Below the pieces are notes generated by a model. It was not told the DNA's origin and ran no database searches. It saw only the letters and a list, made by a program, of their open reading frames with translations. This document shows positions 54,619 through 63,506 of a DNA stretch of 64,000 nt, piece after piece. A program made the position numbers and the translations under genes. Every line of letters begins with the position of its first letter. The stretch's first letter is position 1. The DNA comes from a virus (taxonomy: Duplodnaviria > Caudoviricetes), in the IMG/VR virus record IMGVR_UViG_3300006099_000007, positions 1 to 64,000 of that record; one strand, given 5' to 3'.

Positions 54619-55371
54619 ATGATTTTATTTAAGTTGTACCATAACCGGTTTCTTTTTGAAGAGGCTCCGGAGAATGGAGGCGGTGGCGGAGGAGGTTCCG
54701 CCGCCCCTTCCGCTTCCGGACGTCCCAGCCTGGCTAATCCTGCACCGGAGCCGACTCCGGCGGATGATGAGCAGCCGAACCCTCCTCCCCCATCGGATCC
54801 GGGTTCTCCGCAGGGAGATCCGCCTTCCCAGGGGGATTACGTGTTGACGTTCGATGATACGTTTTCTGGAGACGAGACGCTGCAGCAGTTGCTGACCGAG
54901 ACCGGCAAGGCCCACGGGCTTCCTGTCGAGGGGCTTTCCGCGTTTATCAAGGATATGGATGCGCGTCTGGCGGCCAAAGCGACCGAACAGAAGCAGGCGC
55001 AGGATGCCGCCATGGAAGAGGCCTGGAGACAGCTGGATGGAGAGTGGGGCCGGGACAGCGACGCACGCCAGATGCGCGCCGTTCAAATGGCCGGGAGGTT
55101 GTGCCGCATGGCCGGTATCGACCAGAGCGTGTTTAATGAGATGGGCATTGCCGATCATCCGGCCATGTACAGGATTCTGGATGCAGTAGGCCGGATTCTG
55201 GACGAGCCGGCTCTTCCGGCGCCTCCCGGACGGCAGGAACAGCAGGCCCGCGGCGAAGCCCGGCGCATGATGCACGATCCGGAACACCCGGATTATTCGG
55301 CATTCCACGATTGCGACCATCCGCGTTTTGCCGAGGTGAGGGCCAAGTATATGCGACTGATGGGTGCGTAA
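54619..55371 (+). CDS. Capsid scaffolding protein
   Basis: Pro/acidic N-terminus, WG.D, HP.MY.IL, C-terminal HPDY...HP..V; canonical position. Confidence 0.7.
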   Translation: MILFKLYHNRFLFEEAPENGGGGGGGSAAPSASGRPSLANPAPEPTPADDEQPNPPPPSDPGSPQGDPPSQGDYVLTFDDTFSGDETLQQLLTETGKAHGLPVEGLSAFIKDMDARLAAKATEQKQAQDAAMEEAWRQLDGEWGRDSDARQMRAVQMAGRLCRMAGIDQSVFNEMGIADHPAMYRILDAVGRILDEPALPAPPGRQEQQARGEARRMMHDPEHPDYSAFHDCDHPRFAEVRAKYMRLMGA

Positions 55372-55392
55372 GCAGATATTGCTTTTCCAGCA

Positions 55393-55428
55393 AGCCCTGT
55401 TTCCTTTTTGGGAGCAGGGCTTTTTTAA
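55393..55428. terminator. Bidirectional terminator between scaffold and integrase
   Basis: AAGCCCTG..CC/GG..CAGGGCTT stem with T run. Confidence 0.65.
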
Positions 55429-56564
55429 GGAAGAAGTTCCGGTAGGGATTCCGCAGCGGAGCGCAGCTGATCCACGGAGGGGCGGATGTACACGCTATGC
55501 ACGGCGGAAGAGTCATGCCCCACCAGCTCCATGGCCAGCCCCTGCGATACGCCTGATGCCTGCAACAACGTGGCCGCCGTGGCCCGAATGCTGTGGAAGG
55601 ACTTGCTGTTCATCCTCCTTCTGCGGCCGCCGGCCGCTCCATGCACCACGCCGATGCCATGGGTGCGCAACAGGAGGCCGAATTGATAGGACGCGCCATC
55701 CCCCAGGGCCAGCAGGGGCGCGTGAAGTAGTTCATCCGCCGGTTCCCCCGCTTCCTTCCAGCGGGCAAGCGCCCATTGGTAAAAGCCTTCTCTCATGGGC
55801 TGGTCCATCCAGCGCCCCGTTTTGCCCGTGTCAAAGCGCACGATGCGGCGTTCCCAGTCAAACTGATTCCAGTTGAGGCGCAGAATATCCCCCAGCCGCT
55901 GGCCGTAGGTTTCAAACGAGCAGCGTACCGCGGAACTCCACAGGGGCGGGAAATGCTCAATCATGTAGCGGATCTCGTCGAGTGTGAAGGCTTCCTTGTG
56001 CAGCTTTTCCCCGGCACGGTCCGGGGGAATGGAAACGCCGGCGCACGGATTGCGGTCAATTACTTCTGAATCCACGGCATCCGCGAATGCCTGGGAAAGA
56101 ACGGACATATCCTTGTACACAGTCTTTTGCCGCACCAGTTCGCGGCGAGCCGCCACAAAGCCTTTGATGTCCGCCTTGGTGATCAGGCGAAGGGGGGCGT
56201 TCGCCCGCGCCCCCAGATACTCGTAAAAATGCTTGCAGGCGGTTCTGGCATTGTAGGCCGTCTGTTCGGAGACAAGAGCCGCCTTGCGCCCAACAAATCC
56301 GTCACACCAAGTCCGCACGGAAACATTGTTGTGCACCTGGTATTCTTCCGCTTCCGCGCAGGCTATCTGCACGCCCCGCTGGTAGGCGATACGTTCCGCC
56401 AGCTTGGCCGTGATGCGGTCTCCCTCGAACTCGCCGCCATTCACAGGAACTTTCGTGGAACGGCGCTTCATCTTGCCGTCCGGCCCCTGAAATGTCACCA
56501 TCCAGTAGGGCGAGGATTTTTCCTTGTTGATGGACAGACGCCCCTTGTAAAAAGGTTTGCTCAT
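55425..56564 (-). CDS. Tyrosine integrase
   Basis: GQRLGDI (R), SFHSIR (HxxR), LVGHDS and C-terminal Y. Confidence 0.92.
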   Translation of the reverse strand: MSKPFYKGRLSINKEKSSPYWMVTFQGPDGKMKRRSTKVPVNGGEFEGDRITAKLAERIAYQRGVQIACAEAEEYQVHNNVSVRTWCDGFVGRKAALVSEQTAYNARTACKHFYEYLGARANAPLRLITKADIKGFVAARRELVRQKTVYKDMSVLSQAFADAVDSEVIDRNPCAGVSIPPDRAGEKLHKEAFTLDEIRYMIEHFPPLWSSAVRCSFETYGQRLGDILRLNWNQFDWERRIVRFDTGKTGRWMDQPMREGFYQWALARWKEAGEPADELLHAPLLALGDGASYQFGLLLRTHGIGVVHGAAGGRRRRMNSKSFHSIRATAATLLQASGVSQGLAMELVGHDSSAVHSVYIRPSVDQLRSAAESLPELLP

Positions 56565-56566
56565 AC

Positions 56567-56759
56567 CTGTAATATCTTCTGTAATGGTTTTGTAATAAGG
56601 TTCGCGTAAGAAAACCTACACGAACCTTATTCATAATCCCCTACGTTATCAAGGTTTACGTAGGTTTTCTTACAGAAACTTTTGGCGGAGAGAGTGGGTG
56701 TTAAGTTTATTTCTATAAATAATTTGCTTCAATTTGTAACACTTCTGTAACGTCTGTAT
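56567..56759. other. attP-like site: tRNA-Ser-type 3' end core (56683..56698) with YTGTAA arm repeats on both sides
   Basis: Reverse complement CCCACTCTCTCCGCCA; CTGTAA/TTGTAA at 56567, 56579, 56590, 56734, 56745. Confidence 0.7.
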
Positions 56760-56799
56760 GACAGAGACAAGATGCCGAATTGGAGATTCTGCAACTGAA

Positions 56800-56817
56800 T
56801 TGACACTCGGCAACTTG
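56800..56817 (+). promoter_or_regulatory. Module-3 repeated motif, copy 1 (TTGACACTCGGCAACTTG)
   Basis: Related copies at 58383 and 63457, each before a structural gene. Confidence 0.55.
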
Positions 56818-56849
56818 CAAATGTGCGGTTTCTGTCCCCTGATGGAAGC

Positions 56850-57818
56850 ATGCCAAGTAATTACACTTTACCCATCTCCGATCTTTATCAGGAGACTTAC
56901 GATAACCAGTGGCAGGAGCAGGTTCAGCAGGCTACGTCCCGCCTGGAACGTTTCTGCGTGATCAAGTCCGGTTTGACGGGCAAGCTCCAGGAGTTCAGTT
57001 TTGTCGGTACTACGGAGCTGAATGAGAAGCAGGGCCGGATGCAGGATATTGTGTTGGACGAGCTTGATTATTTCAAGCGCCGGATGCTGCCGGTTAGTTT
57101 TTCGAAGCATTTGGGCTATGATGAGGATGACGATATTTTCCTGCACGGCCTGGACGCTCCCGTGACGCAGACGATTAACGCGCTGAAGTACGCGGCTGCC
57201 CGCAAGATGGACGATGTTTTGTTCGGCCTGAAGAAGCAGGGAGGGGTATATGTGCCGTCCAAGGGCGGCATTTTCGGGACGGCGTTTGCCGGCAATGACG
57301 GCATGGAACAGCTGGAATTGCTGGAGGCTAATGTGGTGGCAGTCGATTATACCGGCGGCACGGCTAAGGATTGCCCGCTGACGATTGAGAAGCTGAACCG
57401 TGGTATTACGCTGCTGCAGGAGAACGGGATTCTGGATGATGCTTCCAATGCCTACGGCGACCAGGTGTGCTGCGCGATTACTCCCCGCATGCGCGAGGCC
57501 CTGATTAATGACGAGCGTCTGCAGAAGGCGGATTTCGGTTTTTCCTCCCTGCGCAAGAGCAACGGCGCCCTGGATCCGATTATGGGGATTCAGTTTATCA
57601 TTGCTCCCAATTTGCCGCTTGACGAGGACGGGGATATCATTTGCCCGATGTGGATGAAGAATTCCCTGTATTTCGGTTCTTGGAAGCAGAATAAGGTGAC
57701 GGTGGAGAAGCGCTCCGATAAGGAGGACACGATCCAGATCGGCCTTAAGACGATTATGGGAGCCACCCGCATGCGCGAAGAGGCGTTTGTGCAGATTAAG
57801 TGCAAGCAGCTTTCTTAA
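56850..57818 (+). CDS. Major capsid protein (podophage type)
   Basis: Y...W...VQQ..SRL, KR....F, GYD..D pattern; followed by a decoration-like gene and a terminator. Confidence 0.8.
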   Translation: MPSNYTLPISDLYQETYDNQWQEQVQQATSRLERFCVIKSGLTGKLQEFSFVGTTELNEKQGRMQDIVLDELDYFKRRMLPVSFSKHLGYDEDDDIFLHGLDAPVTQTINALKYAAARKMDDVLFGLKKQGGVYVPSKGGIFGTAFAGNDGMEQLELLEANVVAVDYTGGTAKDCPLTIEKLNRGITLLQENGILDDASNAYGDQVCCAITPRMREALINDERLQKADFGFSSLRKSNGALDPIMGIQFIIAPNLPLDEDGDIICPMWMKNSLYFGSWKQNKVTVEKRSDKEDTIQIGLKTIMGATRMREEAFVQIKCKQLS

Positions 57819-57850
57819 TTAGGATAACAACACATTTTATTTTATTGATT

Positions 57851-58306
57851 ATGGCAACGTATCAAACAGTTATTGCAGAGAAACAGCTTGCCCTTGCGGA
57901 TCGGACCGGCCTGCCGACGGTGCCGCAGCTGGCGGCCATCCATACCGGCGCCGGGGTCCATGTGGCTACGGCGGAGTTCATCATGCCCGCGTCCCTGGCG
58001 GCCGATGACCTGATCGCCATTTGCAATGTTCCCTGTGGAGCCCGCGTGCTGCCGCAGCTTTCCCATGTCGTTTCCGAAGGCGTGGGGACGCTGCAGCTGA
58101 CCGTGGGAACGAAGGAGGCGGCGGATGCTTTTTCCGCCTCCCTGACCGTGACCGCCGCCGGGACTTATCAGTTGACGAAGGGTTCCCAGGCGGTTTCCAC
58201 GGGGCCGGTGGATGCTGTGACGATGGTTTACGCGAAGGTGGGCGGAACACCGGCGGTGACCGCCGGCAAGAAGCTTGTTTTTGCTATTGCTTACGGTATT
58301 CAGTAG
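57851..58306 (+). CDS. Capsid decoration/minor capsid protein
   Basis: 151 aa, Ala/Thr/Val-rich beta protein directly after the capsid gene. Confidence 0.55.
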   Translation: MATYQTVIAEKQLALADRTGLPTVPQLAAIHTGAGVHVATAEFIMPASLAADDLIAICNVPCGARVLPQLSHVVSEGVGTLQLTVGTKEAADAFSASLTVTAAGTYQLTKGSQAVSTGPVDAVTMVYAKVGGTPAVTAGKKLVFAIAYGIQ

Positions 58307-58330
58307 TTTTTTTTCCGTCGGTTTGTCCAT

Positions 58331-58362
58331 AGGGCCGTCTCTGCATGGAGGCGGCCCTTTTT
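58331..58362 (+). terminator. Terminator after capsid genes
   Basis: AGGGCCGTCTC/GAGGCGGCCCT stem plus T run. Confidence 0.75.
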
Positions 58363-58382
58363 GCTGTTCCGGAGAAGAAACG

Positions 58383-58400
58383 TTGATTTTCGCCAACTTG
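58383..58400 (+). promoter_or_regulatory. Module-3 repeated motif, copy 2
   Basis: TTGATTTTCGCCAACTTG. Confidence 0.55.
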
Positions 58401-58435
58401 CCCCGGTTGAACGCCCTGGGTTATGTTCAGGGGAA

Positions 58436-61400
58436 ATGAAGAGGATTTCCTTTAATGGAGGCGAGCTTTCGCCCGGGATTGCCGCGCGTCCGGATCTGGA
58501 TGTTTATCATCGCGGGGCGTCCGTGCTGGAGAATGTGGATGTTTCCCAAACGGGGGGAGTTTCCCGGCGGCACGGGATGAGGAGGGTGGCCGCCGCTTTG
58601 GAGGGTTCCCTTCTTCTTCCCTATGTTTATTCCACCAATGACCGTTTTCTTGTGGAGGTGGCTCCTTCTCTGCTGCGCGTGTTGTCCGTTGAGGGGGATG
58701 TGGTTGCCTCCCTGCCTTCCGTGTGGACGGCGGCTGACGTTGCCGCCCTGCGCCACAAGCAGGTGAACAGCATGTTGTTTCTGGCCTGCCCTACGCATGA
58801 GCTGATGGTGCTGAGACGGGATGACGAGGGCATGTTTTCCCTGGCGCCCTATGAGTTTAAGGCCCGCCCCTGGCGGTATGAGGAGTTCCGGGATTTTCCG
58901 GTGCGCCTGACGCTGGATGAGGGGTGTTACAGGGTGTCTTTCGGGGAGCATGCGTCCGATGCGGACGCGGCGGTGAATGAGGGGGATGTGATGCGCGTCC
59001 AGGTGACGGTGCCCCAGCAGACCGGGTTCAGCACGGGGGCCGTGATTCGCCAGGGCTGGGTGGTTGCCGGGGCGTTTACGGCGGCCAGCGCTTTCACGGC
59101 TGGGAAAAAGCTCTGCCTCAATGAGGGGAGTTATTGGTCCTGGTGGACGTGCGACAGGGATTTTAACGGGGCGGCGGATTTTGTGGACGGCCTGACGTCT
59201 CCGGCGGATTATCCGGAGCATTTTCATAAGGGCGTGATTTGCCATTCCAATACGATTACCTGCAAGGGGACATGGAAGTTTTGGTGCAGTAAGGAGTGGT
59301 ACGGCACGTATGCCGTGGAGCGGCGTTTTCCCGATGAGGATTGGCAGCTGCTGGGGACGTCCACTTCCATGGTTGGCTCGGCTTCCAATTTGCAGATTAC
59401 CGGGGACGAGAGCGAAGAGGAGTGCTACCTGCGCCTGATGTTGTATGAGTCCCGGCTTTCCAGCGGTTCCGATCCCAGCCAGGGGTTTCCTCCGGACAGC
59501 TGCGGGAATAAGCTGGTGGTGGATGCTTATAAGAAGGATGTGGTGCTGCGGCTGCGTTCCGGCTCCCGGCCTGCTTCCATACAGCGGTTTTCGGTTCCCG
59601 CCACGCCGGCGTTGCGGCATTTCCTGACCTGTACGGCGTCTTCCATCCGGGCAAGCCGCGTGTGGGTGGATGAGGTGGAGGTTCCGGGGGCGTCCGCCGT
59701 GCTGACGCTGGGGCCCGACGGTGTTGACGTGACGCCCAGGGGGCTGCCCGCGGATGCGCTGGAGGACGGGAAGACGGTCCGGTTTGCCTGGACGGAGCCG
59801 CGCAAATCCGGGGCCGTGACGCTGGACGCCCGCGGGATGAGGACGGATTTTTGGCCAGCCGGGGCGAGGTTTGACGTGAATGTGACGGGGAACGCCCTGA
59901 CCGGAATGGGTGAGGGCGCGGTGGTTCGGTTGACGGCCTGGTCCGCCGGGGATGCGCAGTTTACGACGGTTTGGAAGAGCAGTGCGGATGTGTATACCGC
60001 GCCGGCCAGCGGGTTTTATACGGTTAAGGTTGTTCATGATAAGGGCAGTACGCTGGAGGCTGCCGAGTGTCAGGCGGAGTTTTCCGGGGTGGCTTCCGGG
60101 GTGGTGAAGCCGGAAGTCCGGGAGGAGATGTCCGCGGCGGGGTTGTCCACCAGCGACGTGTTGAAGTTGACGCTGCCTTTGGAGGGCGATGCGTATGATT
60201 ATTGCGTGTATGCCGGGTTGCCCGCAGTGAATGCCCTGGTGGTTGACGGGGAGCGTTTTTCCGGGGAGTGTCCGTTGTCCAGAGAGGGGCGGACGCTGAC
60301 GGTGAGGCCCAGGGGGCTGACGACGGATGATGTGGGCGCCGGGAGCATGGTGCGCCTGGAGTGGACGCAGGCGGCGGAGTCCGTCAATAAGAGCGGGAAC
60401 GGGAATGCGGCCAGCATTTTCATGAGCCGTTTTTTAACGGCGGGTACGGTGGTGACGCTGCAGGGATGGAGGTCTGTCCAGTCGGGGATGGAGATTGTGC
60501 TGCCTTCCACGATCAAGGGGATGTCCGGCGGCAGGTATGCGGAGGTGTTCAGCGCGATGGAGGAGGCGTCTTACACGGTGCCGGAGGATGGTTTGTTTTT
60601 GATTAGCGTACAGGCATGGACGGAGAGTAATGTGAAGTTGCGTTCCCGGGTGCGGGTGGAGGTGCCGGCCTGCACGGCGTGGATGGAGGCGGAGGCTGCC
60701 GAGGTGACGGCTTCCGCGGAGTATTCTCTTTGGGATAATGTTTCCGCGGTTCCGGAGGGGGTTCCTCCGTCCGGGGAGTCGTTGATGTGGAGTTTCGCGG
60801 CGTTCCGGGGGGTGTACGGGTTTCCTTCCCTGGTGGATGTGTTTCAGCAGCGCCTGGTGTTGGCCGCTACGCAGGCCCAGCCGCAGACGGTGTGGTTGAG
60901 CAAGACGGATGACCTCAACAGTTTCGAGGTGGGGAAGCAGGATGATTCCGCGCTGGCTTTGACGTTGAGCACCACAACGCAGAACAGGATTTGCTGGCTG
61001 ATGGCGCAGAGTTCCCAGCTGCTGCTGGGGACGGCGGACGCGGAGTGGACGGTGTCCGGGGGCCAGGGGGTGATGACTTACGCCAACGCGCGGGCGGACA
61101 GCCACGGGTTTGTGGGGTCTTCCGATGTGCCGGCCCTGATGGCGACCGATAAGGTGCTGTATGTGGAGAGGGGCGGCGGACGGGTGTATCAGTACGGGTA
61201 TGATTATGAGAGCGACGGGTTTGTGTCCCGCGATTTGACGGTGTTCGCCGATCATGTGCTGGCCGGCGGCGGCGGGGTTACTTCCGGGGATTTTATGAGG
61301 AAGCCCCACCCGCGGGCGGTGATGACCCTGGCGGACGGCACGCTGGCGCTGATGACTTATAATAGCATGCACCAGGTGCATGCCTGGCACCGTCACAGGA

Positions 61401-61825
61401 CGGAGGGGCGGATGTCCAACGCCGTGGTGCTGCCCAATGGGACCGGGGAGGATTTGCTGTTTGTGTCCGTGGAGCGTGAGGATGGGCGGTTTGTGGAGGT
61501 GTTTGATCCGGACGGCCCGTTTGTGGATGCCGGCGCGTGGGATTTTACGTCCACGGTGGTGACGAATGCGCTGGATGTGGCGGAGTCCCTGGGCAGGGAT
61601 AGACAGGCCGCGGCCGTGCGCGTGTTTTTTGCTTCCGATACGGCCCCGGCCGGTATTGAGGTGTCCAATGACGGGAGCGCCTGGGACCGGTTGAGCAAGA
61701 CCAGGACGATGGAACGGGGATGGCATGAGGTGCTTCCGTCCGCCATGTGGAGGCGGGATGTGCGGTTTGGCATCCGGGTTTCCGGGGACCGCCCCCTTGA
61801 GTTTTTAGCTGTTGATACGCAATGA
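58436..61825 (+). CDS. Tail tubular protein B (nozzle, T7 gp12-like) with large insertion
   Basis: SFNGGELSP..R.D.DVY N-terminus; FPSLV.VFQQRL, W.S...D...F, YVERGG, DLTVFADH motifs. Confidence 0.88.
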   Translation: MKRISFNGGELSPGIAARPDLDVYHRGASVLENVDVSQTGGVSRRHGMRRVAAALEGSLLLPYVYSTNDRFLVEVAPSLLRVLSVEGDVVASLPSVWTAADVAALRHKQVNSMLFLACPTHELMVLRRDDEGMFSLAPYEFKARPWRYEEFRDFPVRLTLDEGCYRVSFGEHASDADAAVNEGDVMRVQVTVPQQTGFSTGAVIRQGWVVAGAFTAASAFTAGKKLCLNEGSYWSWWTCDRDFNGAADFVDGLTSPADYPEHFHKGVICHSNTITCKGTWKFWCSKEWYGTYAVERRFPDEDWQLLGTSTSMVGSASNLQITGDESEEECYLRLMLYESRLSSGSDPSQGFPPDSCGNKLVVDAYKKDVVLRLRSGSRPASIQRFSVPATPALRHFLTCTASSIRASRVWVDEVEVPGASAVLTLGPDGVDVTPRGLPADALEDGKTVRFAWTEPRKSGAVTLDARGMRTDFWPAGARFDVNVTGNALTGMGEGAVVRLTAWSAGDAQFTTVWKSSADVYTAPASGFYTVKVVHDKGSTLEAAECQAEFSGVASGVVKPEVREEMSAAGLSTSDVLKLTLPLEGDAYDYCVYAGLPAVNALVVDGERFSGECPLSREGRTLTVRPRGLTTDDVGAGSMVRLEWTQAAESVNKSGNGNAASIFMSRFLTAGTVVTLQGWRSVQSGMEIVLPSTIKGMSGGRYAEVFSAMEEASYTVPEDGLFLISVQAWTESNVKLRSRVRVEVPACTAWMEAEAAEVTASAEYSLWDNVSAVPEGVPPSGESLMWSFAAFRGVYGFPSLVDVFQQRLVLAATQAQPQTVWLSKTDDLNSFEVGKQDDSALALTLSTTTQNRICWLMAQSSQLLLGTADAEWTVSGGQGVMTYANARADSHGFVGSSDVPALMATDKVLYVERGGGRVYQYGYDYESDGFVSRDLTVFADHVLAGGGGVTSGDFMRKPHPRAVMTLADGTLALMTYNSMHQVHAWHRHRTEGRMSNAVVLPNGTGEDLLFVSVEREDGRFVEVFDPDGPFVDAGAWDFTSTVVTNALDVAESLGRDRQAAAVRVFFASDTAPAGIEVSNDGSAWDRLSKTRTMERGWHEVLPSAMWRRDVRFGIRVSGDRPLEFLAVDTQ

Positions 61826-63435
61826 CGGAGCCTGCGAAGACGAGACCGGATTGGAAGGAGCTGCTGGCCGACAGGTGGTGGCGCCTTAATCATTTGTATT
61901 GGATTGAGGATAAGGAGGGCCGGATGGTGCGCTTCCGCCCGAATTGGGCCCAGGAGGAGCTTTTTCACGGGCTTTGGTTCCGCAATACGATTTTGAAGGT
62001 GCGCCAGCTGGGGATTTCTACGTTTTGCGCCATTTATATGCTGGATCTTTGCCTGTTTGGGAGGAATCAGCATTGCGGGATTATTGATAAGACGCTGGAG
62101 GACGGGGAGGCCAAGCTGCGCAAGATTGCTTTTGCTTATGAGCATTTGGATTTTTTGCCGGAGAATCCGACGATGGAGGACCGGGCGCTGGCTGCTTTGG
62201 GGAGGATGGTTAAGGAGGGGTGCGCTGTGGTGGAGAAGAGGGCCACCCGCATGGCCTGGTCCACGAACGGGTCTGTTGATGTAGGGGTTAATTTGCGCGG
62301 GTCCACTCTCCAGTTTTTGCATATTTCCGAGTTTTCCTATACGGCGCTGCATGATCCGGCCAGGGCCAGGAAGATCCGCACGGGCGCGTTGAATACCGTT
62401 GGCAAGAGCTGCGTGGTGGTGATGGAGTCCACCCACGAGGGAGGGAAGGCCGGGCTGGCTTACCAGTTGATGGAGCAGGCTATGGAGATGGTGGGCAAGC
62501 CTCTTTCCAGCCTGGATTTCAGGTTTTTCTTTTTTTCCTGGATTCAGCATCGGGAGTATTGCCTGGAGGGGGTGGAGCCGAGGCTGGATGATTTTTTGCG
62601 GGATTATTTTTCCGATTTGAAGAGGCGTTACGGGATTGAGTTGTCCGAGGGGCAGAAGGCGTGGTACGCTACCCAGTACAGGATTAACGGGGCGGAGGTG
62701 AAGCAGGAGTTTCCCACCGTGCCGGAGGAGGCTTTGCAGACGTCCGTGGAGGGGGCTATTTACGGGAGGTGGATTTCTGCCCTGCGGGCCGAGGGGAGGA
62801 TCGCAGCCGAGTTTGAAGTGGATGACGTGGCTCCGATTTATGCTTCCTGGGATTTGGGGTTGAGCGATTTTATGGCGATTTGGCTTTGGCAGGTGGTGGG
62901 CGGCAGGTATTACGCGCTGGATTATATTGCCGGGAATAATCAGGCGGTTGATTATTACGTGGGGCAGATCCGGATGAGGGAGAGGGAGTTCGGGCCTGTC
63001 GCCCTGCACCTGCTGCCGCACGATGCGGCCAGGAGGGATTTTTCCAAGACTTCTTTTGAGTCCGTGCTGCAGCGGGCCGGGTTCCGCACGGCGATCGTGC
63101 CGCGCACGTCCGATGTCTGGACCGGGATTAACGCGCTGCGGAATATGCTGCGTTTTTGCGTGTTTCATGAGCGCTGCAACCGGCGCCCGGAGATTGACGG
63201 GCAGAAGTATGTTTCCGGGGTGGGTTCCCTGGAGTATTACCGCAGTTTGCCGCCGGGGTCCAACGGGTGCGTGCGGGAGATGCCGCTTCATGACGCCTGT
63301 TCCCATGGCGCGGATGCCGCACGAACCTTTGCGGAGGCGGTGAGCCGCGGCCTGGTGTCCGGTCATGCAGGGGAGCCGGAGAAGGTGAAGAGGCCTCACA
63401 GACGCCCCGACGCTCTGGAGGGGATGCTTTATTGA
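61822..63435 (+). CDS. Terminase large subunit (KxRQxG family)
   Basis: KVRQLGIST Walker A, HISE Walker B, MEST coupling motif, ASWDLG nuclease, HD..SHGADA. Confidence 0.9.
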   Translation: MTEPAKTRPDWKELLADRWWRLNHLYWIEDKEGRMVRFRPNWAQEELFHGLWFRNTILKVRQLGISTFCAIYMLDLCLFGRNQHCGIIDKTLEDGEAKLRKIAFAYEHLDFLPENPTMEDRALAALGRMVKEGCAVVEKRATRMAWSTNGSVDVGVNLRGSTLQFLHISEFSYTALHDPARARKIRTGALNTVGKSCVVVMESTHEGGKAGLAYQLMEQAMEMVGKPLSSLDFRFFFFSWIQHREYCLEGVEPRLDDFLRDYFSDLKRRYGIELSEGQKAWYATQYRINGAEVKQEFPTVPEEALQTSVEGAIYGRWISALRAEGRIAAEFEVDDVAPIYASWDLGLSDFMAIWLWQVVGGRYYALDYIAGNNQAVDYYVGQIRMREREFGPVALHLLPHDAARRDFSKTSFESVLQRAGFRTAIVPRTSDVWTGINALRNMLRFCVFHERCNRRPEIDGQKYVSGVGSLEYYRSLPPGSNGCVREMPLHDACSHGADAARTFAEAVSRGLVSGHAGEPEKVKRPHRRPDALEGMLY

Positions 63436-63456
63436 GATGCGGCAGGGATAGAAACA

Positions 63457-63474
63457 TTGATTCTCGCCAACTTG
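63457..63474 (+). promoter_or_regulatory. Module-3 repeated motif, copy 3
   Basis: TTGATTCTCGCCAACTTG. Confidence 0.55.
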
Positions 63475-63506
63475 AAGGAAGTCCGCCCTCATGCGATTGT
63501 TGGGGA

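Noticed and set aside
58427-61726. 536-aa and 430-aa minus-strand ORFs
   Set aside because: Shadows of the nozzle gene, which has clear family motifs on the + strand.
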